Under the pieces are notes generated by a model. The model was not told where the DNA came from and ran no database searches. It worked only from the letters and a program-made list of their open reading frames with translations. From IMG/VR virus record IMGVR_UViG_3300020044_000715, positions 1 through 35,944 of that record: 35,944 nt of DNA; one strand, written 5' to 3'. The translations under genes and the position numbers were made by a program. Within the stretch, counting starts at the first letter, position 1; each line of letters starts with the position of its first letter. Below, piece by piece: positions 1 through 9,715 of the stretch. The DNA is from a virus. Lineage: Duplodnaviria > Caudoviricetes.

Positions 1-121
1 TGATAATTAAATTTGCGACCATCAGCGCCTTCTCTTGCGCCCCATGTCGTTACTCTAGCTTCAATCTTGCCTGTCGGTTCTGCCGCTTCTGCTTGGCTTT
101 CTACCAGCAGTTTTGCCTCGC
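1..121. repeat. Exact inverted copy of 3788-3908 (prohead protease 5' region); probable chimeric contig end
   Basis: Position i pairs with 3909-i for 121 bp; microhomology continues to 127 with one mismatch (cgcctacca vs cgcatacca). Confidence 0.95.
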
Positions 122-568
122 CTACCACCCGAATTGCATTTAGTCCACGGCACAAAACCAAGCCACGCAGGAACACCTTTGCCGGAAAAAGTCCGAGCAA
201 GAGTTCCCAAGGCTGAATGGTTGGACAACCCTGACGCATGGGACAGGGACAAATTTATCCAAGAAACTTCCGACTTTCTTTGGGACACTTACGGCATTGG
301 TAGCAATCAAGACAAACACATTTTGGCGGCACTTGCCAATCAAATGGACATATACGTTAAGTGCATGAAAGGCGTAGCCAAAGGCGGCATCATTACGCAA
401 TTCAATGCTGGTCAAACTGTCGGACCAAATCCGTTTCTGACTGCTGGCGACAAAGCCCTTTCCCGCGCTGTTGTGCTGATGAACGAATTGGGCTTAACAC
501 CCAAAGGCAGGCTTGCCACAAATAAAACTGATGGCGGCAAATACAGCAAGTTATTAAACGGACCATGA
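113..568 (+). CDS. terS: Terminase small subunit (P27-like); true start probably overwritten by the chimeric end
   Basis: NPFL...ELGLTPKGR C-terminal motif; overlaps terL by ATGA. Confidence 0.85.
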   Translation: MPRLPPELHLVHGTKPSHAGTPLPEKVRARVPKAEWLDNPDAWDRDKFIQETSDFLWDTYGIGSNQDKHILAALANQMDIYVKCMKGVAKGGIITQFNAGQTVGPNPFLTAGDKALSRAVVLMNELGLTPKGRLATNKTDGGKYSKLLNGP

Positions 569-2226
569 CCTACGAAGATGGCATCCTGTATGCGGTGCGG
601 GTAGCAAAAGGAGAGTTAACAGTTAGTCGTAATGTGCGGCTTGCTTGCCAACGCTTTTTGAATCAGCTTGAAGATAGGTCATGGGGTTGGGAATTTCATG
701 TTGACTATGTGACCCACTTTATTGAGTTTGCTAAAACACTTGTCCACACAAAAGGACCGGATGCAGGCAAGCCTTTAATGCTTGAACCATTCCAAATTTT
801 TATCATCTGCGCCATTTACGGATTCAGAAGCAAAAAAGATGTGAGCAAGCGCATGGTCACGGATGTGATTGTGTTTATTCCACGCAAGGCTGGCAAGTCA
901 ACCTTGACCGCTGTCATTGCGTTGTACGAATTAAAGTGGGGTGAAGCTGGCGCAGAGGTTTACACATTGGCAACCACACGCGAACAAGCAAGCATTGTTT
1001 TCAATGCCGCAACTGGTTTTGTGGAAAATATGCCACACGATATAGCGCAACTTTTTATTGTGCATCGCAACCAAATTACTGTGGCTGGCGATAGTCAAAC
1101 AAAATTTAAAGCGTTAAGCAGAGACACCAAAAAGTCAGGCGATGGAATGAACCCATCTTGCGCCATCATTGACGAGGCGGCACAGATTGTGGACAGAAAC
1201 GCCATTGAGGTGTTGCACTCAGGTATGGTGGCACGGCAGAACCCTTTGCGTATCTACATAACCACGGCATCCTTTACCAAGGAAACCAAGTTTTATGAAG
1301 ATATGCAGATGCTTGAAAATATGCTTAACGGCGAAGCTGAAGATAACCCAAGATGGTTTGGCTTGCTATACAGCCTAGACCCACAAGACGATTGGCGTGA
1401 CCCAAAGATATGGGCAAAGGCTAACCCTATGCACGGCATCAGCATCTACGAAGATGCCATTGCAGAACGAGCAGAACAAGCAAAGCATAAACCAGCGGCG
1501 CTAAATGAATTTCTTTGCAAGACACTTAACATCTATGTAAGTGCAAACTCCGCTTGGCTTGACCGCGCATATTGGGATGATGACAAGGCAATAATCAAAA
1601 CACAACGTGAACCTGAGTCAGTATTTATCGGCTTTGACTTGGCGGCAACGCGAGATTTAAACGCCATTTGTACGCTAAAACGATTTGCGGAAAATGACTT
1701 TGAAGCAGAGTTTAAATTCTTTTTACCCGAAGAAGGCTTGGCACTTGTGCCTAAACATTACAGCGACATTTTCCGTGTAGCTGTTAACTCAGGCATCTTG
1801 CATATCACCGAAGGCAACGTGATGGATGACCGCGAGATAAGCGATTACATCATTGCACAAGCCCAAAAATACGATGTTAAGGAAATTGGCTTTGACGCAT
1901 ACAACGCCGCAAGTTTGGTTGCACGACTGCATGAAGCTGGCTTGCCTGTTAAGAAAGTTGGGCAAGGCATGGCGGTGTTAAGTAACCCAAGCAAGCACGT
2001 TGAAAAGTTAATTATGAATTACGGCATCAAACATGATGGCAATCCATTTGTCGGATGGCAACTTGGGAATTGCGAAGTGTATGTAGACGTTAACGGAAAT
2101 GTAAAGGTGAGGAAAAATGAAAATGACAAAAGCGCAAAGGTTGATGGCATAATTGCCCTCATCATCGCAACGCATTGTTCTTTGGATAATCCGACAATGA
2201 GTGGCTTTGGTTTCCGAACTTTTTAA
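565..2226 (+). CDS. terL: Terminase large subunit (HK97-like, cos-type)
   Basis: LEPFQ, Walker A PRKAGKST, Walker B AIIDE, nuclease motifs GFDLA and KVDG. Confidence 0.97.
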   Translation: MTYEDGILYAVRVAKGELTVSRNVRLACQRFLNQLEDRSWGWEFHVDYVTHFIEFAKTLVHTKGPDAGKPLMLEPFQIFIICAIYGFRSKKDVSKRMVTDVIVFIPRKAGKSTLTAVIALYELKWGEAGAEVYTLATTREQASIVFNAATGFVENMPHDIAQLFIVHRNQITVAGDSQTKFKALSRDTKKSGDGMNPSCAIIDEAAQIVDRNAIEVLHSGMVARQNPLRIYITTASFTKETKFYEDMQMLENMLNGEAEDNPRWFGLLYSLDPQDDWRDPKIWAKANPMHGISIYEDAIAERAEQAKHKPAALNEFLCKTLNIYVSANSAWLDRAYWDDDKAIIKTQREPESVFIGFDLAATRDLNAICTLKRFAENDFEAEFKFFLPEEGLALVPKHYSDIFRVAVNSGILHITEGNVMDDREISDYIIAQAQKYDVKEIGFDAYNAASLVARLHEAGLPVKKVGQGMAVLSNPSKHVEKLIMNYGIKHDGNPFVGWQLGNCEVYVDVNGNVKVRKNENDKSAKVDGIIALIIATHCSLDNPTMSGFGFRTF

Positions 2227-2235
2227 AGGGAAATC

Positions 2236-3630
2236 ATGGGAATACTAGACGCTTTCAAAAGAAAAGATAAGGTTTCCAAAGAATCAAATACGCTGTTTGG
2301 ACAGACTGCACTTGGCAATAATATTGTTTACCAAGGCAACAATAAGAATCAAACAGTCAACACGCAGATTTTGTATGTAACAACTGGTAGCACGACCAAT
2401 GCGGGTCGACCTGTTGATACATCAATGCTTACTCGCAATAGCACAGTTATGTCGTGCGTGGGTGTTAAAGCAAGAGCCATATCCCAACTGCCAATAAAAA
2501 TCATGGCATTGGCTGAAAATGGTTCTTATGTAAATGCGCTGACCGACCCAAGCGTAGGCACAAGGGACAAAGTAAAAGCCAAACAAGTTTATAGCTTGCT
2601 GACAACACCAAACAACTTCCAAAGCCAGTATGAATATTGGTATCAATGGATGATGTGGCATGAGTTACTTGGCGAGGCGTTCACCCTGTGGTGGAGAAAA
2701 GACCAAGATAACCCATCACAAACACCTTTGGAAATGTACGAACTGGACAGCACATTGATTGCTGTCACCATTACGCCTACACGCTACCCAAGCTATCGCT
2801 TGTCAACGCCTAGCTACGGCTACAACAAAGACCAACCGCTTGCATCACATCAAGTTATGCACTGCAAAGACATGGCATGGCAAGGCTCTGCTGGTTTTAA
2901 CAAAGGCATATTGGCGGCTGAATTGGTGGGCTTAGACCAAGACATTGATTTGTATGCCAACTACGTCATGCTAAATGGCGCAAAGCCAAGCGGAATGTTT
3001 ATTACTGACAATGTAATTCCTGATGCCAAATATAAAGAAATTGCCGCACGACTAAAAGAAGCGTGGTCATCAATGGTTGGCAGTCAGCAAACGGACAAGA
3101 GCAAGCCCGGTCAGGGGATGTTGCTTGACCAAGGCATGAAGTATGAGCCTTTGAAAATGTTAAGTTTGCAAGATACTGACTTGGCTAATTTAAAGATGCA
3201 AACCATGAAGCGCATTTGCGGTTTGTATGGTGTACCGCCTGCAATGCTACACATTGGCGACCAAAAATATAACAACACCCAAACCATGCTGGATGAGTTT
3301 TACAAATCCACCATGTACCCCATCATTGTTAACATTCAGCAAAAATTAAAAGCAAGTTTGTTCCAAGGCTATCCTAATTTGTGCGTTGAATTTGACACGC
3401 AAGATTTTCTTAAAGGCGCACCACTTGACCAAATGAACTATGTAACTGCTGGTGTTAACGCGGGAATAATGACACCCAACGAGGCGCGGGAATACTTGGG
3501 CAAAGCCAATTTGGATGGCGGCGATGAACTGCAAAGCCCCAAAAAAGCCGAACCAATAGCAGGGTCTAGTCCGCAAGATACTGGCGGCGGCGGTGGCAAT
3601 CAGACCCGCAAAATGAACATTGGTAAATAA
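2236..3630 (+). CDS. Portal protein, HK97 family
   Basis: NGAKPSG, ICGLYGVPP, GIMTPNEAR motifs; position after terL. Confidence 0.95.
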   Translation: MGILDAFKRKDKVSKESNTLFGQTALGNNIVYQGNNKNQTVNTQILYVTTGSTTNAGRPVDTSMLTRNSTVMSCVGVKARAISQLPIKIMALAENGSYVNALTDPSVGTRDKVKAKQVYSLLTTPNNFQSQYEYWYQWMMWHELLGEAFTLWWRKDQDNPSQTPLEMYELDSTLIAVTITPTRYPSYRLSTPSYGYNKDQPLASHQVMHCKDMAWQGSAGFNKGILAAELVGLDQDIDLYANYVMLNGAKPSGMFITDNVIPDAKYKEIAARLKEAWSSMVGSQQTDKSKPGQGMLLDQGMKYEPLKMLSLQDTDLANLKMQTMKRICGLYGVPPAMLHIGDQKYNNTQTMLDEFYKSTMYPIIVNIQQKLKASLFQGYPNLCVEFDTQDFLKGAPLDQMNYVTAGVNAGIMTPNEAREYLGKANLDGGDELQSPKKAEPIAGSSPQDTGGGGGNQTRKMNIGK

Positions 3631-3632
3631 AA

Positions 3633-3848
3633 GTGGATGCCATTTTTAAAAAAGTGGTAGCATATTTGCAAAGTTACAAACCAAATGTCGGTGTTGCTAA
3701 ACGTGGCAGACCGCCAAAAATAGTACAAGACATTGACCGAACAAAAGTCGATGAGGTAATCTATGACCAAAAACTTGATGATGGTATGCGAGGCAAAACT
3801 GCTGGTAGAAAGCCAAGCAGAAGCGGCAGAACCGACAGGCAAGATTGA
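3633..3848 (+). CDS. Small basic protein with AT-hook-like KRGRPPK, overlapping the protease start
   Basis: GTG start 2 nt after portal stop; fills the portal-protease gap. Confidence 0.5.
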   Translation: MDAIFKKVVAYLQSYKPNVGVAKRGRPPKIVQDIDRTKVDEVIYDQKLDDGMRGKTAGRKPSRSGRTDRQD

Positions 3849-4560
3849 AGCTAGAGTAACGACATGGGGCGCAAGAGAAGGCGCTGATGGTCGCAAATTT
3901 AATTATCAGCCCGAAGGCTTTATGGATTGGGCAAAGACATTTAGTGCAGAGGGCAAGCCCTTGCCAATGTTTTTAAACCATACGGCAGACAATATGCCTG
4001 TTGGCGAATGGCACAGTTTTGAATTTGACGATGATGGCATGACTGCCAAAGGCAAGTTATATATCAACACTACCGCTGGCTCAGATTTGCACAAAATTAT
4101 GAAAGAAAGCCCAACAATGTTTGGCGGCGTTTCTGTTGGTGCATACGCAGAAGAATATCAATGGGTCAAAGAAGATGGTACGCCAATGACTGTTGGCTCT
4201 GATGACCCTTACGAAGACGGTTATTTCCAAATCACCAAAGGCGGCTTGCGTGAAGTCAGCGTGGTGATGTATCCCAACAACCCACAAGCAGAAGTGCAAA
4301 CGCTGGAATATTTCCGCGAGGATGGTTCTGCTAATTTAAAGAATTTGGAAAAGGCTTTGCGCGAAGCAGGGATTTCCAAAAAGGATGCGGTCACTTCCGC
4401 ATCTATCTTCAAGAAGGTTTTGGAAACGCGAGATGCTACCCAAGACCCAATTGAAAATGCGCCACAACAGAGTGAGTCCGATGTGGATGTGACCGAACTA
4501 CTTCACGCATTAGAACTGCGTGAGTTAGCAAAACTCTTAGATAAACGACTGAAAGGTTAA
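3763..4560 (+). CDS. Prohead protease, HK97 family (S78)
   Basis: PMFLNH, GVSVG, LREVSVVMYPNN; GAGGT SD. Confidence 0.93.
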   Translation: MTKNLMMVCEAKLLVESQAEAAEPTGKIEARVTTWGAREGADGRKFNYQPEGFMDWAKTFSAEGKPLPMFLNHTADNMPVGEWHSFEFDDDGMTAKGKLYINTTAGSDLHKIMKESPTMFGGVSVGAYAEEYQWVKEDGTPMTVGSDDPYEDGYFQITKGGLREVSVVMYPNNPQAEVQTLEYFREDGSANLKNLEKALREAGISKKDAVTSASIFKKVLETRDATQDPIENAPQQSESDVDVTELLHALELRELAKLLDKRLKG

Positions 4561-4562
4561 TC

Positions 4563-5912
4563 ATGTCCCAAGCAATCCTTGAGAAGCTGGATGCTATCGA
4601 AGCTAAACAAGCCGAAGCAGTATCAGCAGTAGAAGCAAAAATCCCCGAAGCCATTGCCGCTGTGCAAGCTGAAGTAGCCGAAAAGCTGTCCGCTTTTGAA
4701 GCTAAATTGGCAACTGTGCAAGCGCCTGCAATCATTCGCGCACCCCACAAAACTGTGCGTGGTGATGTGAATCGTGCTGTGCGTGAGCAAATTGCGACTT
4801 ACTACAAAGCTGGTCGCCAAGGCGAAAAAGAACTGAAGATGTTTGAAGACGCAGGACAATACGATGCGTACTTGCAAGAAGCATCTGCGCTGACCGCTGG
4901 CGGTAACAACCAAGGTGGTCGTACAGGCTATGACCCTGTGTTTGTTGCTCTGCGTTTGGCTAACCCCATGCGTGGCGTTTCTCGCACAGTTGCAACCGAT
5001 GGTTCTTCTTTCCAATTCCGAGTCAAGACAGGAAACGCTGGCGCGGCTTGGGGATATACCATCCAAAACAACGGCGCGACAACAACTGAAGACACCTCAA
5101 TTTGGCAATTAGTTTTGCAAGATTTGAACGTCCAGTTCCCCATCCGTACAGCCGCATTGGATGACATTGATGGTTTGGAAGGTAATGTCGTTGATGACAT
5201 GCTCGCCGAATTCGCACAGAGTGAGGCACTTAGCATGGTGCAGAATAATGACCAGGCTGCACAATCAGGCACTAACCCCTACGGCGGTACAAACGGCTTG
5301 CGTGGTCTTGACCAATACGCTGGTGCAAATGCTACCTACACAGGCGGCACAGCATCCACAGCGTCATTTGGTACAAGCGGCACAGGCTCAACAACTGGCT
5401 TGCACAGCTTGGCGACCTATGACCAGTTGACTTCCAACGTCAATACTGTTGGCTTGAACAATATTGCATACAAAGATGTGATTAACTTCATGTATTCTTT
5501 GCCACAACAATATTGGACTGCTGACGCTAAGTTCATGGTCAATCCAATTTTGGCTCAAGCTATTCGTGGCTTGCAAGATACCAATGGTCGTCCAATCTTC
5601 AACTCTGTTGAATCATTGAACCCTGATGGCATCATTGGTCAAATGTTAGGCTTTGATGTGGTTATCAATAAGTATTTGGATAACCCATTCCAAGGCACAA
5701 CTGGTGCGGCTGGAACTAACAGTTTGTACCCAATGTACTTCGCTGACTGGTCACGCTTCCACACAATCGTGGACCGCTTGAACATGGTTATGCGCCGCTA
5801 CGACCAAACGGCTCCCGGATTTATTACATTCTATGGAGAGAAGCGTTTGGCTACATCGGTTCGTGACCCCAACGCTGGTGTCCGTTATCGGTCAACTGGC
5901 ACATCAACCTAA
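4563..5912 (+). CDS. Major capsid protein (HK97 fold, N-terminal coiled-coil scaffold/delta domain)
   Basis: Ala/Glu/Lys-rich N-terminus; LQDTNGRPIF, MLGFDV, FADW, GEKR motifs; followed by a terminator. Confidence 0.95.
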   Translation: MSQAILEKLDAIEAKQAEAVSAVEAKIPEAIAAVQAEVAEKLSAFEAKLATVQAPAIIRAPHKTVRGDVNRAVREQIATYYKAGRQGEKELKMFEDAGQYDAYLQEASALTAGGNNQGGRTGYDPVFVALRLANPMRGVSRTVATDGSSFQFRVKTGNAGAAWGYTIQNNGATTTEDTSIWQLVLQDLNVQFPIRTAALDDIDGLEGNVVDDMLAEFAQSEALSMVQNNDQAAQSGTNPYGGTNGLRGLDQYAGANATYTGGTASTASFGTSGTGSTTGLHSLATYDQLTSNVNTVGLNNIAYKDVINFMYSLPQQYWTADAKFMVNPILAQAIRGLQDTNGRPIFNSVESLNPDGIIGQMLGFDVVINKYLDNPFQGTTGAAGTNSLYPMYFADWSRFHTIVDRLNMVMRRYDQTAPGFITFYGEKRLATSVRDPNAGVRYRSTGTST

Positions 5913-5923
5913 TCGTTGCCCTT

Positions 5924-5956
5924 GGGTGGGGGTGTAAAAGCCTCCACCCTTTTTTT
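5924..5956 (+). terminator. Intrinsic terminator after the major capsid gene
   Basis: GGGTGGGGGT-gtaaaa-GCCTCCACCC followed by T7. Confidence 0.9.
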
Positions 5957-5979
5957 AGCAACCTTTTTTGGAAAATAAA

Positions 5980-7011
5980 ATGAGCATCACCGAACGAATC
6001 CTTACTGGTATTAAGCAAACATTAGAAACAGGCGATAGAGTCAAGATTGACTTGCGTGAAGCGTCTGCTCTTACAGGGTCAGGAAACAATATCGGTGGTC
6101 GCACATTATTTGATGATGCGTTTGCCGCTTTGCGTTTTGCTAACCCATTACGCCAAGTTGCAAGACAAGTTGTCCGTAGCGGTCAAAGCGCAGTGCAATT
6201 TGTTGCAAAAACTGGTAACGCTACTACACAAGCAAATCCTTGGGGTTACACGTTCACGCCTGACAGCGGAACACCCAACACAAGCACAAGCATTTGGCAG
6301 TTGCCTACTCGCGTGATTACAGCGCAACTACCAATCCGTTCTGCCGTTTTGTCTGATGTGAATTATTTGGATGAAACTTTGGTGCAGGACTTGTTCCAAG
6401 AATTTGGCACACAAGAAGCCAATTCAATGATTATCAATAACGACCAAGCTGGCTCTACAACCACCACAACTGGCGGTGTAGATGGCTTGCGTGGTCTGAA
6501 TATGTACACCAGCGCGGCGGCTTCTGCTTTTGGCACAAGCGGCACAGCAATCACAAACGGCATCCATAGCATTGCTACTGTGAGCCAAACTGGTGCGGCT
6601 ATTGCATACAGCGACATCACCGATATGGCGCGATTGTTTCCTGCTCAGTATTGGAACTTGCCCGGCACAGCATGGATGATGCACCCACAAACCATTCATG
6701 ATTTGCGAAATTTGGGAAGCGGAACAACAATCAAACAATTCCCCGAAGTTGGCAGTAGTGAGGGCGGCGCGGTCACATATATCTTTGGATTCCCTGTGAT
6801 TCCAAACCCATATATGCAACTGGTTGGAAATGGTAACTTCAGCGTTTACTTAGCTAACTGGACAAACTTTGTAACCATTGCTGATGTGGAAGAAATGAAC
6901 GTGCAAGCGTTTGAACAGACCACACCCGGCTTTATAACTCTGTACGCAGAGAAACGATTGGCTTCTACTGTGCGTGACCCCTTTGCTGGCATCCGCTTGG
7001 TTGGTGTCTAA
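5980..7011 (+). CDS. Second HK97-fold capsid protein paralog, lacking the scaffold domain
   Basis: Colinear motifs with 4563-5912 (EASALT, KTGNA, SIWQL, NNDQA, GLRGL, PGFIT.Y.EKRLA..VRDP). Confidence 0.9.
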   Translation: MSITERILTGIKQTLETGDRVKIDLREASALTGSGNNIGGRTLFDDAFAALRFANPLRQVARQVVRSGQSAVQFVAKTGNATTQANPWGYTFTPDSGTPNTSTSIWQLPTRVITAQLPIRSAVLSDVNYLDETLVQDLFQEFGTQEANSMIINNDQAGSTTTTTGGVDGLRGLNMYTSAAASAFGTSGTAITNGIHSIATVSQTGAAIAYSDITDMARLFPAQYWNLPGTAWMMHPQTIHDLRNLGSGTTIKQFPEVGSSEGGAVTYIFGFPVIPNPYMQLVGNGNFSVYLANWTNFVTIADVEEMNVQAFEQTTPGFITLYAEKRLASTVRDPFAGIRLVGV

Positions 7012-7013
7012 CC

Positions 7014-7682
7014 ATGTCCGTTGACCAACTTGGTTATCTGAACCTCGGTGCGCCTACACGCAATCCGTTCAACTATGAAAAGTTTGAGCAGATTGCGCGG
7101 GATAACACTACCGCATGGTTAACGCTTGCCGAGATTCGTCAACAACTTAACTTGTTTGATGACACAAGCCAAGATACTTATTTGAGCAGTTTGGAATTGG
7201 CAACACGCCAAGCCATTGAAGACTATTTGGGCATGAGTATTTTTGCGACAAGCTATCGTGTGTACTACAACGCTACAAGCCTGTATGGAACACCTTTGTC
7301 TTTAGACTTGCCTGAAGTCTCGCAAAACAATTCCACGCCTGCTAGTGGTGTGACAATTACCAATGTGAAGTATTGGAATGACGCTCAACCGCCTGTTTTA
7401 ACGACTGTTGACCCTGCGACATACTACTATGACAACTCAGGCAATAAAGTGGTCTTACAGACGCTTCCAAGCGACTTAAATCCCAACATGACCAGTCCTG
7501 TGTCCTGTGAGTATGTAAGCCCTGCTAACCCTTTGGCGGCATACATGGTTATTAAACAAGCTGGCTTGTTGTTGTTTACGCATTTGTACAACAACCGAAG
7601 CGACACGACAGATGGCAATTCCAAGCCAATCCCTTTTGGTGTTGCAACTTTGTTGCGCCCATATAAACCGCTGGTGATGTGA
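7014..7682 (+). CDS. Head-tail connector (gp6/gp15-like)
   Basis: LTLAEIRQQL...IKQAGLLLFTHLYNNR...PFGVATLLRPY. Confidence 0.88.
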   Translation: MSVDQLGYLNLGAPTRNPFNYEKFEQIARDNTTAWLTLAEIRQQLNLFDDTSQDTYLSSLELATRQAIEDYLGMSIFATSYRVYYNATSLYGTPLSLDLPEVSQNNSTPASGVTITNVKYWNDAQPPVLTTVDPATYYYDNSGNKVVLQTLPSDLNPNMTSPVSCEYVSPANPLAAYMVIKQAGLLLFTHLYNNRSDTTDGNSKPIPFGVATLLRPYKPLVM

Positions 7683-7683
7683 C

Positions 7684-8028
7684 ATGGCAATCGCAAGGTT
7701 TGAAAACATTGCGGTTAATACATTGTCATTTGGCAAAAGTGACTTTGGCGAACAAAGCACAACTCAAACACTTTGGTTTCGCAGTAGGGCAAGAGTTCAA
7801 TCGGTTGCAAACAATGTGCGAATTGCAGACAAATATCGTGTGTATAGCGACATTGTGCAAATGACGCTTAATTACACGCCCAACATGAAAACAATTATTG
7901 ACAACCAAAACGCTTATTCAATTACTTGGAGAGGTTTTGATTGGCGAATTGACAATGTGCGTGAAGCGGATGACCGCATGACAGCGCATTTTCTCTGTGT
8001 ACGCAATGACCCTGTAACGGCGGTTTAA
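7684..8028 (+). CDS. Head closure / head-tail adaptor
   Basis: Size, position, ITWRGFDWRIDNV motif. Confidence 0.75.
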   Translation: MAIARFENIAVNTLSFGKSDFGEQSTTQTLWFRSRARVQSVANNVRIADKYRVYSDIVQMTLNYTPNMKTIIDNQNAYSITWRGFDWRIDNVREADDRMTAHFLCVRNDPVTAV

Positions 8029-8447
8029 TGGCTACACAACAGAATCCAGTTCAATACGCCAAGGCTATTCAGTATCAACTTGCAAGCATAGTCACGCCTG
8101 TGCCTGTGTATGCAACCTTTAACCGCAACTTTGCAACAGAACCAAAGTTTATAACTTGGATGTTAAGAAATGTTCATCAAGAAGTTTTTACTGGACAAAC
8201 TCAATCAAATAAAAGCATTGACCGCCCAGTTTTTCAAATCAGTATTTTTACGCAAGTCATAGAAGATGGTTTTACAATTTCCAATCAAATACTACAATCC
8301 TTGCATGGATATAGTGGTTTGTTTGGCGGTGTAACAAATGGCTTTTGGATTGCCAAAGCAGATGTGACTTGGCTTTACAACAGCTATGACAACGAAGACA
8401 AACTGGGTGAGGTTTTCCTAGACTGCACCTTGGACATTCCAACATAA
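8028..8447 (+). CDS. Putative tail terminator/completion protein
   Basis: Position before tail tube genes; VPVY and FQISIF motifs. Confidence 0.65.
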   Translation: MATQQNPVQYAKAIQYQLASIVTPVPVYATFNRNFATEPKFITWMLRNVHQEVFTGQTQSNKSIDRPVFQISIFTQVIEDGFTISNQILQSLHGYSGLFGGVTNGFWIAKADVTWLYNSYDNEDKLGEVFLDCTLDIPT

Positions 8448-8480
8448 GACAAGTTCAGCAATCAAACGGAAGGAAACGAA

Positions 8481-8975
8481 ATGCCTTTACCAACGAAAGT
8501 TTTACCCGGCTTTACCGCCTCGCTGTATGTGCAACCAAGCGCAACACCCACACCATTGACCACCGCACAGCTATCGTTGATTGCAAGCGTTTCTCCGCTT
8601 ACTGTCAGCGGCAACTTGTTGCAAGTGGAAGCTGTACCCGCTTTTGGGCAAGATGACGCTGTCGCCAATTTTACTGTGGCTGGTTCGCGTCAATCAGACA
8701 AACTGCCAACACAAAGCGCACCCACTTCTTTAACAATTACTGTGGCTTGGAATCCAAGCGATTCAGTATTGTTGCTTGTTCGCGCTGATGCGTACTCAGG
8801 CTTGATTGACCGCACTTACATCGTACAAGCTACCGATGGTACAGGCACAGTTAATTACGCCTTTAATGCTCGCGTAGGACAGTTCCAAATTGATGCTCAA
8901 CCCGGCGCAGAAGCAAAAGCAATTTTTACTTTGCACCCTCGCGGCAATCAATATGGTTGGACAAACACAGCTTAA
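8481..8975 (+). CDS. Tail tube protein, copy 1
   Basis: 164 aa beta-rich; VPAFGQDD, AWNPSD, FNARVGQF; position. Confidence 0.8.
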   Translation: MPLPTKVLPGFTASLYVQPSATPTPLTTAQLSLIASVSPLTVSGNLLQVEAVPAFGQDDAVANFTVAGSRQSDKLPTQSAPTSLTITVAWNPSDSVLLLVRADAYSGLIDRTYIVQATDGTGTVNYAFNARVGQFQIDAQPGAEAKAIFTLHPRGNQYGWTNTA

Positions 8976-8991
8976 TCAGGAGTAAATAAAA

Positions 8992-9507
8992 ATGGCATTA
9001 CCAAGTAAAGTTTTACCGGGCTTTGTAGCCTCGATGTGGATGCAAACAAGCGCATCCCCTTTTACTACTGCTAACTTGGCTGTTTGGACAGCTTCAGTTG
9101 CAACCATTGTTGGCACATCCGCTGGCGGTACAGGCGCATCAGGTACTGCGTTGGCAACGATTGAGGCAGTCCCTGCTTTCGGTCAAGACGATGCAGTTGC
9201 GAACTATATGGTTGCAGGCTCACGCCAAAGCGACAAAATACCAACTCAATCAGCACCCACATCCATGACCATTACAGCGGCATGGAATCCAAGTGATGCT
9301 GGTTTGTTGTTGATTCGCGCTGATGCGTATTCGGGTTTGGTTGACCGCACTTATGTGGTGGCGGCTTATGATGGAACGAATACTGTGGCTTATGCTTTTA
9401 ATGGTCGTGTTGGTCAATTCCAAATTGACGCACAGCCCGGCGCAGAAGCCAAGTGTGTGTTTACCATCCACCCTCGCGGCAATCAATACGGCTGGAGTAA
9501 TTCTTAA
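8992..9507 (+). CDS. Tail tube protein, copy 2
   Basis: Close paralog of 8481-8975; strong AGGAG SD. Confidence 0.8.
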   Translation: MALPSKVLPGFVASMWMQTSASPFTTANLAVWTASVATIVGTSAGGTGASGTALATIEAVPAFGQDDAVANYMVAGSRQSDKIPTQSAPTSMTITAAWNPSDAGLLLIRADAYSGLVDRTYVVAAYDGTNTVAYAFNGRVGQFQIDAQPGAEAKCVFTIHPRGNQYGWSNS

Positions 9508-9713
9508 TGAAAGTTGCTGACGCTGTTGAAGTGTTGGCGACTACTTACCAATCCTTAGATGCGGTGGCACAAGGGTTGGAAGTTAAAGCCAGCGAAGTGG
9601 CAACGGCTCTTGCTAAAGCAAAGCCCGATACAACAGAATTTGTTTGCTTAACAATTCTTGCTAAATTCAACCCTGTGGTTGAACAACAAACAGAACAACA
9701 AACGACAGAATAA
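9507..9713 (+). CDS. Hypothetical protein (tail region)
   Basis: TAATG coupling, in operon. Confidence 0.75.
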   Translation: MKVADAVEVLATTYQSLDAVAQGLEVKASEVATALAKAKPDTTEFVCLTILAKFNPVVEQQTEQQTTE

Positions 9714-9715
9714 AA

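Noticed and set aside
13-288. ORFs 13-216 (+) and 61-288 (-)
   Set aside because: Products of the inverted chimeric junction; they share peptides with shadow frames at 3600-3896
4563-9507. Duplicated capsid and tail genes as an assembly artefact or DGR template/variable repeats
   Set aside because: Copies are diverged at many synonymous and non-synonymous sites, changes are not adenine-specific, and there is no reverse transcriptase
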